This document shows, piece after piece, positions 35,677 through 46,322 of a DNA stretch of 64,000 nt. The stretch lies in the NCBI GenBank assembly GCA_965284535.1, contig OZ260090.1:1577916-1641915 (forward strand), in the 5' to 3' direction. Made by a program: the position numbers and the translations under genes. Under the pieces are notes generated by a model, which made no database searches, was not told where the DNA came from, and saw only the letters and a list, made by a program, of their open reading frames with translations. Positions within the stretch are counted from its first letter, which is position 1. The number at the start of each line of letters is the position of its first letter. The stretch is from Caulobacteraceae bacterium (GTDB taxonomy: Bacteria; Pseudomonadota; Alphaproteobacteria; Caulobacterales; Caulobacteraceae).

Positions 35677-36827
35677 TGGCGAACCGACCGAACGTCAAAC
35701 CGCAGCGACCGTGGTTTTCGTCCGGTCCGACGGCGAAGCGTCCGGGCTGGTCGTCGCAGGCCATTCCGCATGCACTGTTGGGACGCGGCATCCGCGCGCC
35801 CGAGGTGGTGGAGCGGTTTGCCCACGGTCTGCGGCTGACGCGGGACCTGCTGCAGGTCCCGGCGGACTGGGTGCTGGTCTATGTGCCGGGCTCCGACACC
35901 GGAGCCGTCGAGGCGGCCATGTGGTCGATGCTGGGCGAACGGCCGGTACAGGTGCTGGCGTTCGAGAATTTCGGCAAGGTCTGGGCGACCGATGCGGTCG
36001 GACATTTGAAGTTGGAGCCCGAGGTCATTGCGGCACCCTGGGGCTGCTGGCCGGATACGTCGAAGGTCGATCCGAAGAAGGATCTGGTGTTTCCCTGGAA
36101 CGGGACGACCTCGGGCGTCCGGGCACCGAACGCCGACTTCATCGCGGATGATCGCGAGGGCATAGTGATCTGCGACGCGACCTCGGCCGCCTTCGCCATG
36201 CCATTGCCGTGGACGAAGCTGGATGTGGTGACCTTCAGTTTCCAGAAGGCGCTGGGCGGCGAGGCGGGTCTGGGCGTGGCGGCGCTGTCGCCGCGCGCGG
36301 TCGAGCGGCTGGATCGATATTCGCCGCCGAGGCCGGTTCCCAAGGTGCTGAGGCTGCGCGACGGCAAGGGCTTTGACCGGATGTTGGCCAGTGGGTCGAT
36401 GCTGAATACGTTCTCGGTCTGGACGATCGAGGACTGGATCGACGGAGTCGAATGGGGGCTGGCGGTCGGGGGGCTGAACGCCCTGATCGCGCGGACGGAT
36501 GCGAACGCCTCAGTGCTGGACGAATGGGTGCGACGGACCGACTGGATCGACTACCTGGCCGAGGACCCGGCGACGCGGTCGACGACCTCGGTCTGCCTGA
36601 AGATTGTTGATCCGCGCGTGACGACGATGGCCGATGCGGCGCGACAGGCGCTGGTCACGCGGATGAAGGCGCTGGTCGAGGCCGAGGGTGCGGCGTTCGA
36701 TATCGAGAGCCACAGGAATGCGCCTGCGGGCCTGCGCATCTGGTGCGGCTGCACCGTCGAAACGGCGGATATCGAGGCGCTGACGCCCTGGCTGGACTGG
36801 GCGTTCGAGACGGCGTTGGCGGAATAA
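35676..36827 (+). CDS. serC: Phosphoserine aminotransferase-like PLP enzyme (alphaproteobacterial type), divergent
   Basis: FSSGPTAKRPGW, PGSDTGAVE, WNGTTSGV, DATSAAF, FSFQK (PLP Lys), GLRIWCG. Confidence 0.8.
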   Translation: MANRPNVKPQRPWFSSGPTAKRPGWSSQAIPHALLGRGIRAPEVVERFAHGLRLTRDLLQVPADWVLVYVPGSDTGAVEAAMWSMLGERPVQVLAFENFGKVWATDAVGHLKLEPEVIAAPWGCWPDTSKVDPKKDLVFPWNGTTSGVRAPNADFIADDREGIVICDATSAAFAMPLPWTKLDVVTFSFQKALGGEAGLGVAALSPRAVERLDRYSPPRPVPKVLRLRDGKGFDRMLASGSMLNTFSVWTIEDWIDGVEWGLAVGGLNALIARTDANASVLDEWVRRTDWIDYLAEDPATRSTTSVCLKIVDPRVTTMADAARQALVTRMKALVEAEGAAFDIESHRNAPAGLRIWCGCTVETADIEALTPWLDWAFETALAE

Positions 36828-36909
36828 TCGTCCGATCGCGGGACACCCGCCGATTCCCCGGCTATAGGCTGCGCCCGCATTCTGAAATCCCGGACAGCGG
36901 AGAAGAGTC

Positions 36910-38205
<1,296 letters not shown>

Positions 38206-38249
38206 ATCCGGTTTAGGCCGAGCGCTGAAAATCCAGCGTTCAAGGGGCC

Positions 38250-38267
38250 TTAACCGGTCCCGGTTAA
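38250..38267. promoter_or_regulatory. Palindrome TTAACCGG-TC-CCGGTTAA (two CtrA-like half sites) upstream of the Cle gene
   Basis: 8-bp inverted repeat ~30 nt before the proposed TTG start. Confidence 0.45.
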
Positions 38268-38296
38268 ACACGATCCTCGAGTTGGAGGTCCGAGCC

Positions 38297-39103
38297 TTGT
38301 TTGCAGTCGATCGTCGTGTGCTGGCGAAGCTGGAACCCGTGGTCAAACGGGTGCTTATCGTCGATCCGAATCCCCATGCCGGGCGCCTGCTTACCGACAT
38401 CATGAAGGGGCTGGGCGCTCGCGATATCGTGGTCCAGACGGACGAGAAGCGAGCGTTGAAGGCTGCGGAAGAGCTGGAGCCGGGCATCGTCTTTACGGAA
38501 CGCACGGGCACCGGACTGGATGGAGAGGCATTGGCGAGGGCGCTGCGGCGCTCGCACATGGCCTGCCGCCGGGCTCCGATCATTATGGTGACGGCCGATG
38601 CGACCGCGCGCACCATCCTCGGTGCCCGGGATTCCGGCATTCACGAATTCCTGCGCAAACCCTTCACCAGTGCCGACCTGTTCAGGCGGGTCGAGAACGT
38701 GGCTCTGAAGCCGCGCGACTGGGTGGAGGCGGTGGGTTATGTCGGACCTGATCGTCGACGGTTCAACTCGGGTGAATTTTCCGGACCCGGCAAGCGCCGG
38801 GCGGACCGCTCATCGACGGGGGCGGACGGTCACGCCGCGGCCAAGGATCAGGCCATGCGTATTCTCGGTTCGGCGCTGGACCAGTTCGACAGTGATCCGA
38901 TGCAGGCGGTACGCGCCATCCGCGAGCAGGCGGTAAACCTGAAGGCCCTGGCCATGAAGGTGTCGGATTCGCGTCTCGCGGTCGCGGTCGGTGCCCTGGA
39001 GGTGTCGATGGCGGCAGGACCCCCGACCAAGGCGACGCTGGCGGCCCCGATCGGCACCCTGCTGGCCATGCACCAGGCCATGCCCGTCGCCAAGGCGGGC
39101 TGA
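38297..39103 (+). CDS. Cle-type CheY-like c-di-GMP effector (CleD-like)
   Basis: Receiver fold with Glu at the phosphoacceptor position (VFTERTG) followed by YVGPDRRR; GGAGG RBS before TTG 38297. Confidence 0.75.
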   Translation: MFAVDRRVLAKLEPVVKRVLIVDPNPHAGRLLTDIMKGLGARDIVVQTDEKRALKAAEELEPGIVFTERTGTGLDGEALARALRRSHMACRRAPIIMVTADATARTILGARDSGIHEFLRKPFTSADLFRRVENVALKPRDWVEAVGYVGPDRRRFNSGEFSGPGKRRADRSSTGADGHAAAKDQAMRILGSALDQFDSDPMQAVRAIREQAVNLKALAMKVSDSRLAVAVGALEVSMAAGPPTKATLAAPIGTLLAMHQAMPVAKAG

Positions 39104-39108
39104 GACCG

Positions 39109-40047
39109 TCAGCGTAACAGGCCGTCGAAGGCTTCCACGACCGCGGGCCAGACGGCAGACGTCGGGTCGATAAGCTCGAAATGTCCAGCGCCTTCAAGCA
39201 CAACAGATCGAGCGTGGTCGCTGCTGGCGGAGGCTGCGTCGGCATAGTCCTGACCGAAACGGACCGGGACAATCGGGTCGAGCGATCCCGAAATCACCAC
39301 CTGGCGATCCCCCAACGGCAGCAGGTGCGGCAAGGAGGTGTCGGCGAAGACGTCTCGACCGTCGGGCAGCTGGACCCCGACCAGACCGTCGATGGTTGAG
39401 GGTCCACCGCAGGCGTCGGGGCCCTCACGGCGGTAGGCCTCGAGGTCCGGGATACCGGCGAGGGAGACCACGCCCCGGATCGGCATGGGATCAGCGGACC
39501 GCAAGGCGCTTGTGGAGGGCAGACGGTCCCGCGCGGCTGCCCAGAGCGCCAGATGGCCGCCCGCGGAATGGCCCGAGACGGCGACCCGGCGCAGGTCGAG
39601 GCCGTACCGTGGTGCCAGTTGGCGCAGGTGATCGAGTCCGGCGGCGATGTCCTGGAACGTCCCCGGATAGCCGCCGCCGGGGTGGCCGATGCGGCGATAT
39701 TCGATATTCCAGACGGCATAGCCGCGGTCACGCAGATCGGCGGCCATATAATCCATCAACTCGGTGCCGGGCAGGTCGGCCCGCCAGCAGCCGCCGTGGA
39801 TCAGGACGATGACCGGATGGCTGCCTTGTCCGGATGGCAGCCAAAGCTCGCCAAATTGAAGCGCATCGGCGCCATAGGCGATGCGGTGGTCGGCGGTCGC
39901 ACGCGGCCGGGCCAGAAGCTGGCTGAAGGTGATGGGTGCCCTGACCTCGACAGGCGCGAGGATCGGCGGCGGCATTGATGCACCGTTGTTCGGGGCGCAG
40001 GCCGTCAGTGCCAGCAGGCCGGCCAGGGTCGCGGTCACCAGACGCAT
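39109..40047 (-). CDS. Alpha/beta hydrolase lipoprotein
   Basis: Lipobox LTAC, YGADALQFGEL, HGGCW, GHSAGGHLA, AGHFELI; start MRLVTA. Confidence 0.88.
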   Translation of the reverse strand: MRLVTATLAGLLALTACAPNNGASMPPPILAPVEVRAPITFSQLLARPRATADHRIAYGADALQFGELWLPSGQGSHPVIVLIHGGCWRADLPGTELMDYMAADLRDRGYAVWNIEYRRIGHPGGGYPGTFQDIAAGLDHLRQLAPRYGLDLRRVAVSGHSAGGHLALWAAARDRLPSTSALRSADPMPIRGVVSLAGIPDLEAYRREGPDACGGPSTIDGLVGVQLPDGRDVFADTSLPHLLPLGDRQVVISGSLDPIVPVRFGQDYADAASASSDHARSVVLEGAGHFELIDPTSAVWPAVVEAFDGLLR

Positions 40048-40134
40048 CGGAGGGTCCTGTCGAAGTCGCCGTTTCACCGGCGCGGCGGCACACTGTAGAG
40101 AGCAGGGGCCGCCCGGCAACCGGAGCCCGATAGA

Positions 40135-41367
40135 ATGACCACCCGACAGGACTGTCTCGACCGGGACGCCGCCGATCCGCTGGAAGCGGTTCGGGACAGG
40201 TTCAGCCTGCCGGACGGGGTGATCTATCTGGACGGCAATTCCCTGGGAGCCTTGCCGCGTGGTGCCGCGAATGCGGTGCGCGAGGCGGTTGAGCGGGAGT
40301 GGGGCGGCGATCTGATTTCCAGCTGGAACAAGCATGGCTGGATCGGGCTGCCGCAGAAGGTCGGGGGCAAGATCGCGCGCCTGATCGGGGCCGGAGCCGA
40401 CGAGGTCGTGGCAACGGACTCGGTGTCCGTGAACCTGTTCAAGCTGGCGGCCGCGGCGGTGAATGCCCGGAAAGGTCGGCGGGTTGTGCTGACCGAGAGC
40501 GGCGATTTTCCGACAGACCTCTACATCCTGCAGGGGCTGGCCGGAATGATGCCGGACGTCGAATTGCGCGTCGTCGGGCCGGGCGAGATCGAGTCGGCAC
40601 TGGACGAGCGTGTGGCGGCGGTTCTGTTGAGCCATGTCCACTATCGCAGCGGAGCGGTCCGGGACATGGCGGCCCTGAGTACCGCGATCCGGGCGGTGGG
40701 GGCCATGAGCCTGTGGGACCTGAGCCATAGCGCCGGAGTTCTGGACGTCGACCTGAACCGCGACGGTGCCGACCTCGCGGCAGGTTGCGGCTACAAATAT
40801 CTGAATGGGGGGCCGGGAGCCCCGGCCTGGCTGTTTGTCGCCAGGCGGCATCAGGCCGGGTTGCGTAACCCGTTGTCGGGATGGATGGGGCACGCCCGGC
40901 CGTTTGACTTCGTCGATGACTATACGCCGGCACCCGGGATCGACCGCTGGCTCTGCGGGACACCGCCGATCCTGAGTCTGACCGCGTTGGATGCTGCGCT
41001 GGACGTTTTCGGCGGCGTGGACATGGCTGCGGTGCGCGCCAGGGCCGGGGCGCTCGGCGACCTGTTCATTGAGCAGGTCGAGGCGCGCTGTGCCGGCAAG
41101 GGGCTGGCGTTGGCCAGTCCGCGCGATGCGGCGTTGCGCGGCGGGCAGGTTTCATTCCGCCATCCGCAGGGCTGGGCGGTAATGCAGAACCTGATCGCGC
41201 GCGGGGTGGTCGGGGATTTCCGCAGTCCGGACGTGATCCGGTTCGGGTTCGCGCCCCTGTATGTGCGGCGGGTCGACGTCTGGGATGCTGTTGAGGTGCT
41301 GGGCGAGATTCTCGACAGCGAAAGCTGGCGGGACGCGCGCTACCAGACGATCGCGGCGGTGACCTGA
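40135..41367 (+). CDS. kynU: Kynureninase
   Basis: YLDGNSLGALP, DSVSVNLFK, WDLSHSAG, GCGYKYLNGGPG, GVVGDFR...RFGFAPLY. Confidence 0.95.
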   Translation: MTTRQDCLDRDAADPLEAVRDRFSLPDGVIYLDGNSLGALPRGAANAVREAVEREWGGDLISSWNKHGWIGLPQKVGGKIARLIGAGADEVVATDSVSVNLFKLAAAAVNARKGRRVVLTESGDFPTDLYILQGLAGMMPDVELRVVGPGEIESALDERVAAVLLSHVHYRSGAVRDMAALSTAIRAVGAMSLWDLSHSAGVLDVDLNRDGADLAAGCGYKYLNGGPGAPAWLFVARRHQAGLRNPLSGWMGHARPFDFVDDYTPAPGIDRWLCGTPPILSLTALDAALDVFGGVDMAAVRARAGALGDLFIEQVEARCAGKGLALASPRDAALRGGQVSFRHPQGWAVMQNLIARGVVGDFRSPDVIRFGFAPLYVRRVDVWDAVEVLGEILDSESWRDARYQTIAAVT

Positions 41368-41369
41368 AA

Positions 41370-41395
41370 CCGGGCGACCCGGAAGGGCCGCCCGG
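41370..41395. terminator. Hairpin between convergent kynU and rpoH
   Basis: ccgggcgaccc-GGAA-gggccgcccgg. Confidence 0.65.
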
Positions 41396-41403
41396 CGTCC
41401 TGA

Positions 41404-42291
41404 TCAGGCGTCGACGAGGTTCCGCTCTTCGGCGGCGGCGCGCATGGCTTTCTGAAGCTTCTCGAAGGCGCGGACCTCGATCTGGCGCACGCGTTCGCGC
41501 GACACGCCATACTGGCCGGCGAGTTCCTCGAGCGTGACCGGGTCATCCTTGAGCCGGCGTTCCGTCAGGATGTGTTTCTCGCGGTCGGTCAGCTCGTGCA
41601 TCGCCTCTTCGAGCAGACCCCGGCGGATCGACTTTTCCTCGTCCTCAGCCAGCTGGGTTTCCTGCGAGACCGCGGTGTCATCGGCCAACCAGTCCTGCCA
41701 CTCGCTTTCGCCATCGGCGCGCAGGGGCGCGTTCAGCGAGGCATCGCCGCCGAGGCGGCGGTTCATGTTGGTGACCTCTTCCTCGGACACGCCCAGCTTG
41801 GTGGCGATGGCGGCGAGGTGTTCAGGACGCAGATCGCCTTCCTCGAAAGCCGAGATCTGGCTCTTTGCCTTGCGCAGGTTGAAGAACAGCTTCTTCTGCG
41901 CGGCGGTGGTACCCATCTTCACGAGAGACCAGCTGCGCAGGATGTACTCCTGGATCGAGGCGCGAATCCACCACATGGCGTAGGTCGCCAGGCGGAAGCC
42001 CTTGTCCGGATCGAATTTCTTGACGGCCTGCATCAGGCCGACGTTGCCTTCGGAAATCACCTCACCGATCGGCAGGCCGTAGCCGCGATAGCCCATGGCG
42101 ATCTTGGCCACGAGGCGCAGGTGAGATGTGACGAGGCGGTGGGCGCTTTCGGCGTCCTGGTGCTCGGTCCAGCGCTTGGCGAGCATGAATTCTTCGTCTT
42201 TCGCAAGCATCGGAAACTTGCGGATTTCAGTGAGATAACGCGACAGTCCCTGTTCAGGCGACATCACCGCGAGTGATCTGGCTACAGCCAT
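41404..42291 (-). CDS. rpoH: RNA polymerase sigma-32 factor
   Basis: LVTSHLRLVAKIAMGYRGYGLP, RpoH box QKKLFFNLRK, VSRERVRQIE. Confidence 0.97.
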   Translation of the reverse strand: MAVARSLAVMSPEQGLSRYLTEIRKFPMLAKDEEFMLAKRWTEHQDAESAHRLVTSHLRLVAKIAMGYRGYGLPIGEVISEGNVGLMQAVKKFDPDKGFRLATYAMWWIRASIQEYILRSWSLVKMGTTAAQKKLFFNLRKAKSQISAFEEGDLRPEHLAAIATKLGVSEEEVTNMNRRLGGDASLNAPLRADGESEWQDWLADDTAVSQETQLAEDEEKSIRRGLLEEAMHELTDREKHILTERRLKDDPVTLEELAGQYGVSRERVRQIEVRAFEKLQKAMRAAAEERNLVDA

Positions 42292-42488
42292 AAGTCTGGT
42301 CCCTCCGACCGTATGAACGAGCGGGCTCTTCGGAGGCGGCCACCCAATGTGCACCGTCGCCTCACCCCTCAACCGATGAAATAGGGTCGGGTTTCGCCAC
42401 TTGTCAGTGGCGGATGGTCACACGAAAGCGTGACCGTTGCCCCGGCGCCACGGCACCGACTGAGGAGTGTCTATCAGACAGTGCGTCC

Positions 42489-43187
42489 TTAATCAAGACG
42501 GACTGCTGCGGCCTGCCTGGTCGGCGGCAGGCAGGGCTCGGCTCCGGCCGATCGCTCGTCAGGTCTGAACAGCACCGACCAGGTCATTTGGCATCGTGTC
42601 GCGCTGCGAGTTCCCGGCGGCGTGCAACTCCATTCCGCCCGCAGATCGACAGATTCCCGACCAGCCTGCTCCAGCCGCCAGGTCCGCCGAGCCGGATTCC
42701 GGCTGATCAGCTCCTGGTAGTAGCGCTCTGACTCTGGCGGCGAATATGCGGGCGTGGGCACATTCTCCGTCAGGGTCGCGCGGACCCCGCGCTCGGCCAG
42801 TGCCACGATGACATCGGAGTCTCCGAGCCAGATGTCACTGACTGTGAGGGTCATCAGCCCCACTTGATCCGCGTCGCCACATACCGCGACATCGCCCGTA
42901 CGGCCGTTCACGCTGAGCCAGCCAGTACGCTGATGCACCCCTTCCGGCAGGGGCCGCCGACGATAGGGTCGGGGCGGGTTAAGGTGCCAGGAGACGCCGC
43001 GCCCGACCCGTGTGCCGAAGGCGCTCCAGTTCAGAGACCAGTCGTTGGCGACATCGGGCATGGCGTTCGCCACCGCGCGGCCGATGGCCTGTTCGACGGT
43101 CTCGGGCGCTCCGCTGACCTGCGGCGCCGTGGCCGGCGCAACGTCGGCCAGGGTCAGCAGGGCAATGGCGAACAGACTTGCAGACAT
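42489..43187 (-). CDS. Secreted hypothetical protein
   Basis: Signal-like N-terminus, 232-aa ORF with Cys residues, fills the rluD-rpoH gap. Confidence 0.6.
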   Translation of the reverse strand: MSASLFAIALLTLADVAPATAPQVSGAPETVEQAIGRAVANAMPDVANDWSLNWSAFGTRVGRGVSWHLNPPRPYRRRPLPEGVHQRTGWLSVNGRTGDVAVCGDADQVGLMTLTVSDIWLGDSDVIVALAERGVRATLTENVPTPAYSPPESERYYQELISRNPARRTWRLEQAGRESVDLRAEWSCTPPGTRSATRCQMTWSVLFRPDERSAGAEPCLPPTRQAAAVRLD

Positions 43188-43259
43188 GATTTCCCCTTAT
43201 GGGGCATTGATGCACGTCCGGGCGGAGCGCGTCCGCTGGCGAAACCTGACTCCAGTCCG

Positions 43260-44300
43260 TCACAGCGCCGCCAGCAGGGCCTCCAGCGACCGCATATCCG
43301 TGGGTGGAGGCGTTTCGAAGCGGAGGGCCTCGCCCGTGACCGGATGGACGAAGCCCAGCACTGTCGCGTGCAGCGCTTGCCGGGCGAGCCCCGACCCGGC
43401 GATGGCGGCGCGGACAGGGTTGGCCGGGCTGCCGGTGCCGTAGACCGGATCCCCCAGCAGGGGCGAGCCCTTCGAGGCCATGTGGACGCGGATCTGGTGA
43501 GTGCGGCCCGTGTGCAGCGTACAGATGACGCGGGCCGCCATGGGTGGGGCGGCGGGGCGGCTGCCTTTGCGGACGACGGCACCGAAGGTTTGTTCGACGG
43601 TATAGTCGGTGATGGCCTCGCGACCGCCGTGGCTGAGCACCGCCATCTTCTTGCGGTCGCCGGTCGAGCGGCCGAGGTTGGAGACGATGCGGCCCTTTTC
43701 CGGCTGGGGCGCTCCCCGGACCAGCGCGATGTAGGTGCGTTCGATGTCGTGGGTGGCGAACAGGACCGAGAGGCCGGCGTGGGCCGCGTCCGACTTGGCC
43801 GCCACCATGACGCCCGAGGTGTGCTTGTCCAGCCGGTGGACGATGCCAGGACGGGCGACGCCCCCGATGCCGGAGAGGGAGGCCGCGCAGTGATGGAGCA
43901 GGGCGTTGACCAGGGTCCCGGTCTCGCTGCCGGGCGCAGGATGCACCGCCATTCCGGCCGGCTTGTCGATCACGATCAGGTCGGCGTCCTCGAACAGGAC
44001 TGTCAGGGGGATGTTTTCGGGTTGGGGGATGGCCGAGACGATGGCCGGCAGGGCCACGGCGTAGAGGCCGGGCAGGGCCCTGGCCGAAGCGGTCGACACG
44101 GGCTGGCCGTCGCGGGTGACGACACCGTCGGCCAGCAGGGCCTGAAGGCGGGCGCGGGACAGGGTCGGGAAGATGTCGGACAGCGCCTTGTCGAGACGGG
44201 CACCACCGGTGACCAGGCTGGCTTCCAGCACCGGGGAAGCGTCCTCGTCGGAGGCAAGATCTTCGGTCAGCGGTTCGTCGGGCAAGGTTTTGTCGGGCAC
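43260..44300 (-). CDS. rluD: RluA-family pseudouridine synthase
   Basis: S4 domain ARLDKAL, KPAGMAVHP, GIVHRLDKHTSG, TGRTHQIRVH, RQALHA. Confidence 0.92.
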   Translation of the reverse strand: MPDKTLPDEPLTEDLASDEDASPVLEASLVTGGARLDKALSDIFPTLSRARLQALLADGVVTRDGQPVSTASARALPGLYAVALPAIVSAIPQPENIPLTVLFEDADLIVIDKPAGMAVHPAPGSETGTLVNALLHHCAASLSGIGGVARPGIVHRLDKHTSGVMVAAKSDAAHAGLSVLFATHDIERTYIALVRGAPQPEKGRIVSNLGRSTGDRKKMAVLSHGGREAITDYTVEQTFGAVVRKGSRPAAPPMAARVICTLHTGRTHQIRVHMASKGSPLLGDPVYGTGSPANPVRAAIAGSGLARQALHATVLGFVHPVTGEALRFETPPPTDMRSLEALLAAL

Positions 44301-44434
44301 GGGGCACTCCACCGCCCAGGTCAGGCGGCAGGGCGATCTAGCACGTCGCGCCGCCGGGCGGGCAAGGCGCGAATTTGGCCTTACGGCCAAGCTGGGGCAT
44401 CATCCAGCCGGGCTGTGAGGGGAGATAAGGGGCC

Positions 44435-45073
44435 ATGAGACTGTTGATTGTCGCTGCCGCCGCGGGCGGTGCCGTACTGGCTCTGGCCAGTTGCGCCACC
44501 ATGAGCGCGGAACAGTGCATGGCCGGTGACTGGTCGGGGCAGGGTTATTCGGACGGCGCGTCGGGCATGAGCATGAGCCGGCTGGACGAACATGCCCAGG
44601 CCTGCGCCGAGCATGGCGTCACGCCGGACAGATCGGCCTACGCGGCCGGACGGGATCAGGGGCTGGTGCGCTATTGCACGCCGTCGAACGGATTTCGGGT
44701 AGGGCGTACCGGTTCCGGCTACGGCGGTGTCTGCCCGTCGTATCTCGCGGCGGACTTCATGCCAGCCTATCGCGACGGACAGGTCGTTCACGAGGTCGAA
44801 CAGGCGCTGACCAATGCCCGCAGCAGTGTCAACAGCCTGGGCGCTCGGCTGGAAGAGCTGGATGACAAGATCGCGGGCAAGCAGCGCGAGCTACGTGCCG
44901 AAGGCCTGACCGATCCGCAGAAGGAGCAGATTCGCGGTCGCATCCAAGAGCTTCGCCGCGAACGCGCCGACACTGAACGCGACTGGCGGCGCGCCCAGAA
45001 CGCCATCGACGATGCCGAGCGCGACGTTCGCAATGTGCAGCGGCGGTTCCGGGGCCAGTACGGCTCCTGGTGA
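44435..45073 (+). CDS. DUF2799 lipoprotein with coiled-coil tail
   Basis: Lipobox LASC, CMAGDWSGQGYSDG, GLVRYCTPSNGFRVG. Confidence 0.85.
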   Translation: MRLLIVAAAAGGAVLALASCATMSAEQCMAGDWSGQGYSDGASGMSMSRLDEHAQACAEHGVTPDRSAYAAGRDQGLVRYCTPSNGFRVGRTGSGYGGVCPSYLAADFMPAYRDGQVVHEVEQALTNARSSVNSLGARLEELDDKIAGKQRELRAEGLTDPQKEQIRGRIQELRRERADTERDWRRAQNAIDDAERDVRNVQRRFRGQYGSW

Positions 45074-45081
45074 ATCAGGGC

Positions 45082-45103
45082 GGGCGGCCAGCAAGGGCCG
45101 CCC
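45082..45103. terminator. Hairpin between convergent DUF2799 gene and fba
   Basis: gggcggcc-agcaag-ggccgccc. Confidence 0.6.
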
Positions 45104-45115
45104 CTTCCCGCTGTA

Positions 45116-46201
45116 TCAGGCCGCCTTTGAGGCCGAAGCGCCGAAATGCGGATCCAGTTCGCCCGAGGCGTAGCGTTTGGCCATCTGGGCGACCGCCAGC
45201 GGCTTGATCTTTGACGCCTGGCCTTCACAGCCGAACTGCAGGTACCGCTCCTGACACAGTTTGCGCATCGCCTCCTTGGCGGGCTTCAAATAGGCGCGCG
45301 GGTCGAACTCGCCGGGCTTTTCGGACAGGATTTTCCGGATCGCGCCGGTCATGGCCATGCGGTTGTCGGTGTCGATGTTGATCTTGCGCACGCCGTGTTT
45401 GATGCCGCGCTGGATCTCCTCGACCGGCACGCCCCAGGTCTGGGGCATCTTGCCGCCATAGGCGTTGATGATGTCCTGAAGATCCTGCGGCACCGACGAT
45501 GAGCCATGCATGACCAGATGGGTATCGGGCAGGCGGCGGTGGATTTCCTCGATCACATTCATGGCGAGGACTTCGCCGTCCGGCTGGCGGCTGAATTTGT
45601 AGGCGCCGTGGCTGGTGCCCATGGCGATGGCCAGCGCATCCACCCTGGTCTCGCGCACGAAGTCGACGGCCTGGTCCGGGTCGGTCAGCAGGGCCGAGTG
45701 GTCCAGCTTGCCTTCGAAGCCGTGGCCATCCTCGGCCTCGCCCATGCCGGTTTCCAGCGAGCCCAGCACGCCCAGTTCGCCCTCGACCGAGACGCCGCAG
45801 GAGTGAGCCATCTGGACGACGCGACGGGTGACGTCGACGTTGTACTCGTAGCTGGCGGGGGTCTTGGCGTCCTCTTCCAGCGAACCGTCCATCATCACCG
45901 AGGTGAAGCCGTACTGGATGGCGGTGGCGCAGGTCGCGGGGCCGTTGCCGTGGTCCTGATGCATGCAGACCGGGATGTGCGGATAGAGTTCGGCGAGGGC
46001 GTCGATCAGCTTGGCCAGGACGACGTCATTGGCGTAGCTGCGCGCGCCGCGGCTGGCCTGGATGATGACGGGGGCGTTGACCGCCTCGGCCGCCTCCATG
46101 ATCGCCAGCCCCTGCTCCATATTGTTGATGTTGTAGGCCGGCAGGCCGTAGTCGTTCTCTGCCGCGTGATCGAGCAGTTGTCGCAGCGTGATGCGCGCCA
46201 T
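45116..46201 (-). CDS. fba: Fructose-bisphosphate aldolase class II
   Basis: [43 protein letters not shown]. Confidence 0.97.
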   Translation of the reverse strand: MARITLRQLLDHAAENDYGLPAYNINNMEQGLAIMEAAEAVNAPVIIQASRGARSYANDVVLAKLIDALAELYPHIPVCMHQDHGNGPATCATAIQYGFTSVMMDGSLEEDAKTPASYEYNVDVTRRVVQMAHSCGVSVEGELGVLGSLETGMGEAEDGHGFEGKLDHSALLTDPDQAVDFVRETRVDALAIAMGTSHGAYKFSRQPDGEVLAMNVIEEIHRRLPDTHLVMHGSSSVPQDLQDIINAYGGKMPQTWGVPVEEIQRGIKHGVRKINIDTDNRMAMTGAIRKILSEKPGEFDPRAYLKPAKEAMRKLCQERYLQFGCEGQASKIKPLAVAQMAKRYASGELDPHFGASASKAA

Positions 46202-46322
46202 GGGGTGTCTCCTGAGACCATCGAATTTGCCATTGGTCTAGCGTCCCAGGCGGGTGAAGTCACGCAGTGTTACAGGCGGATGGCACCGGCGAGCGCGCCC
46301 GGCCGACAGGGGCACCGGGCGG

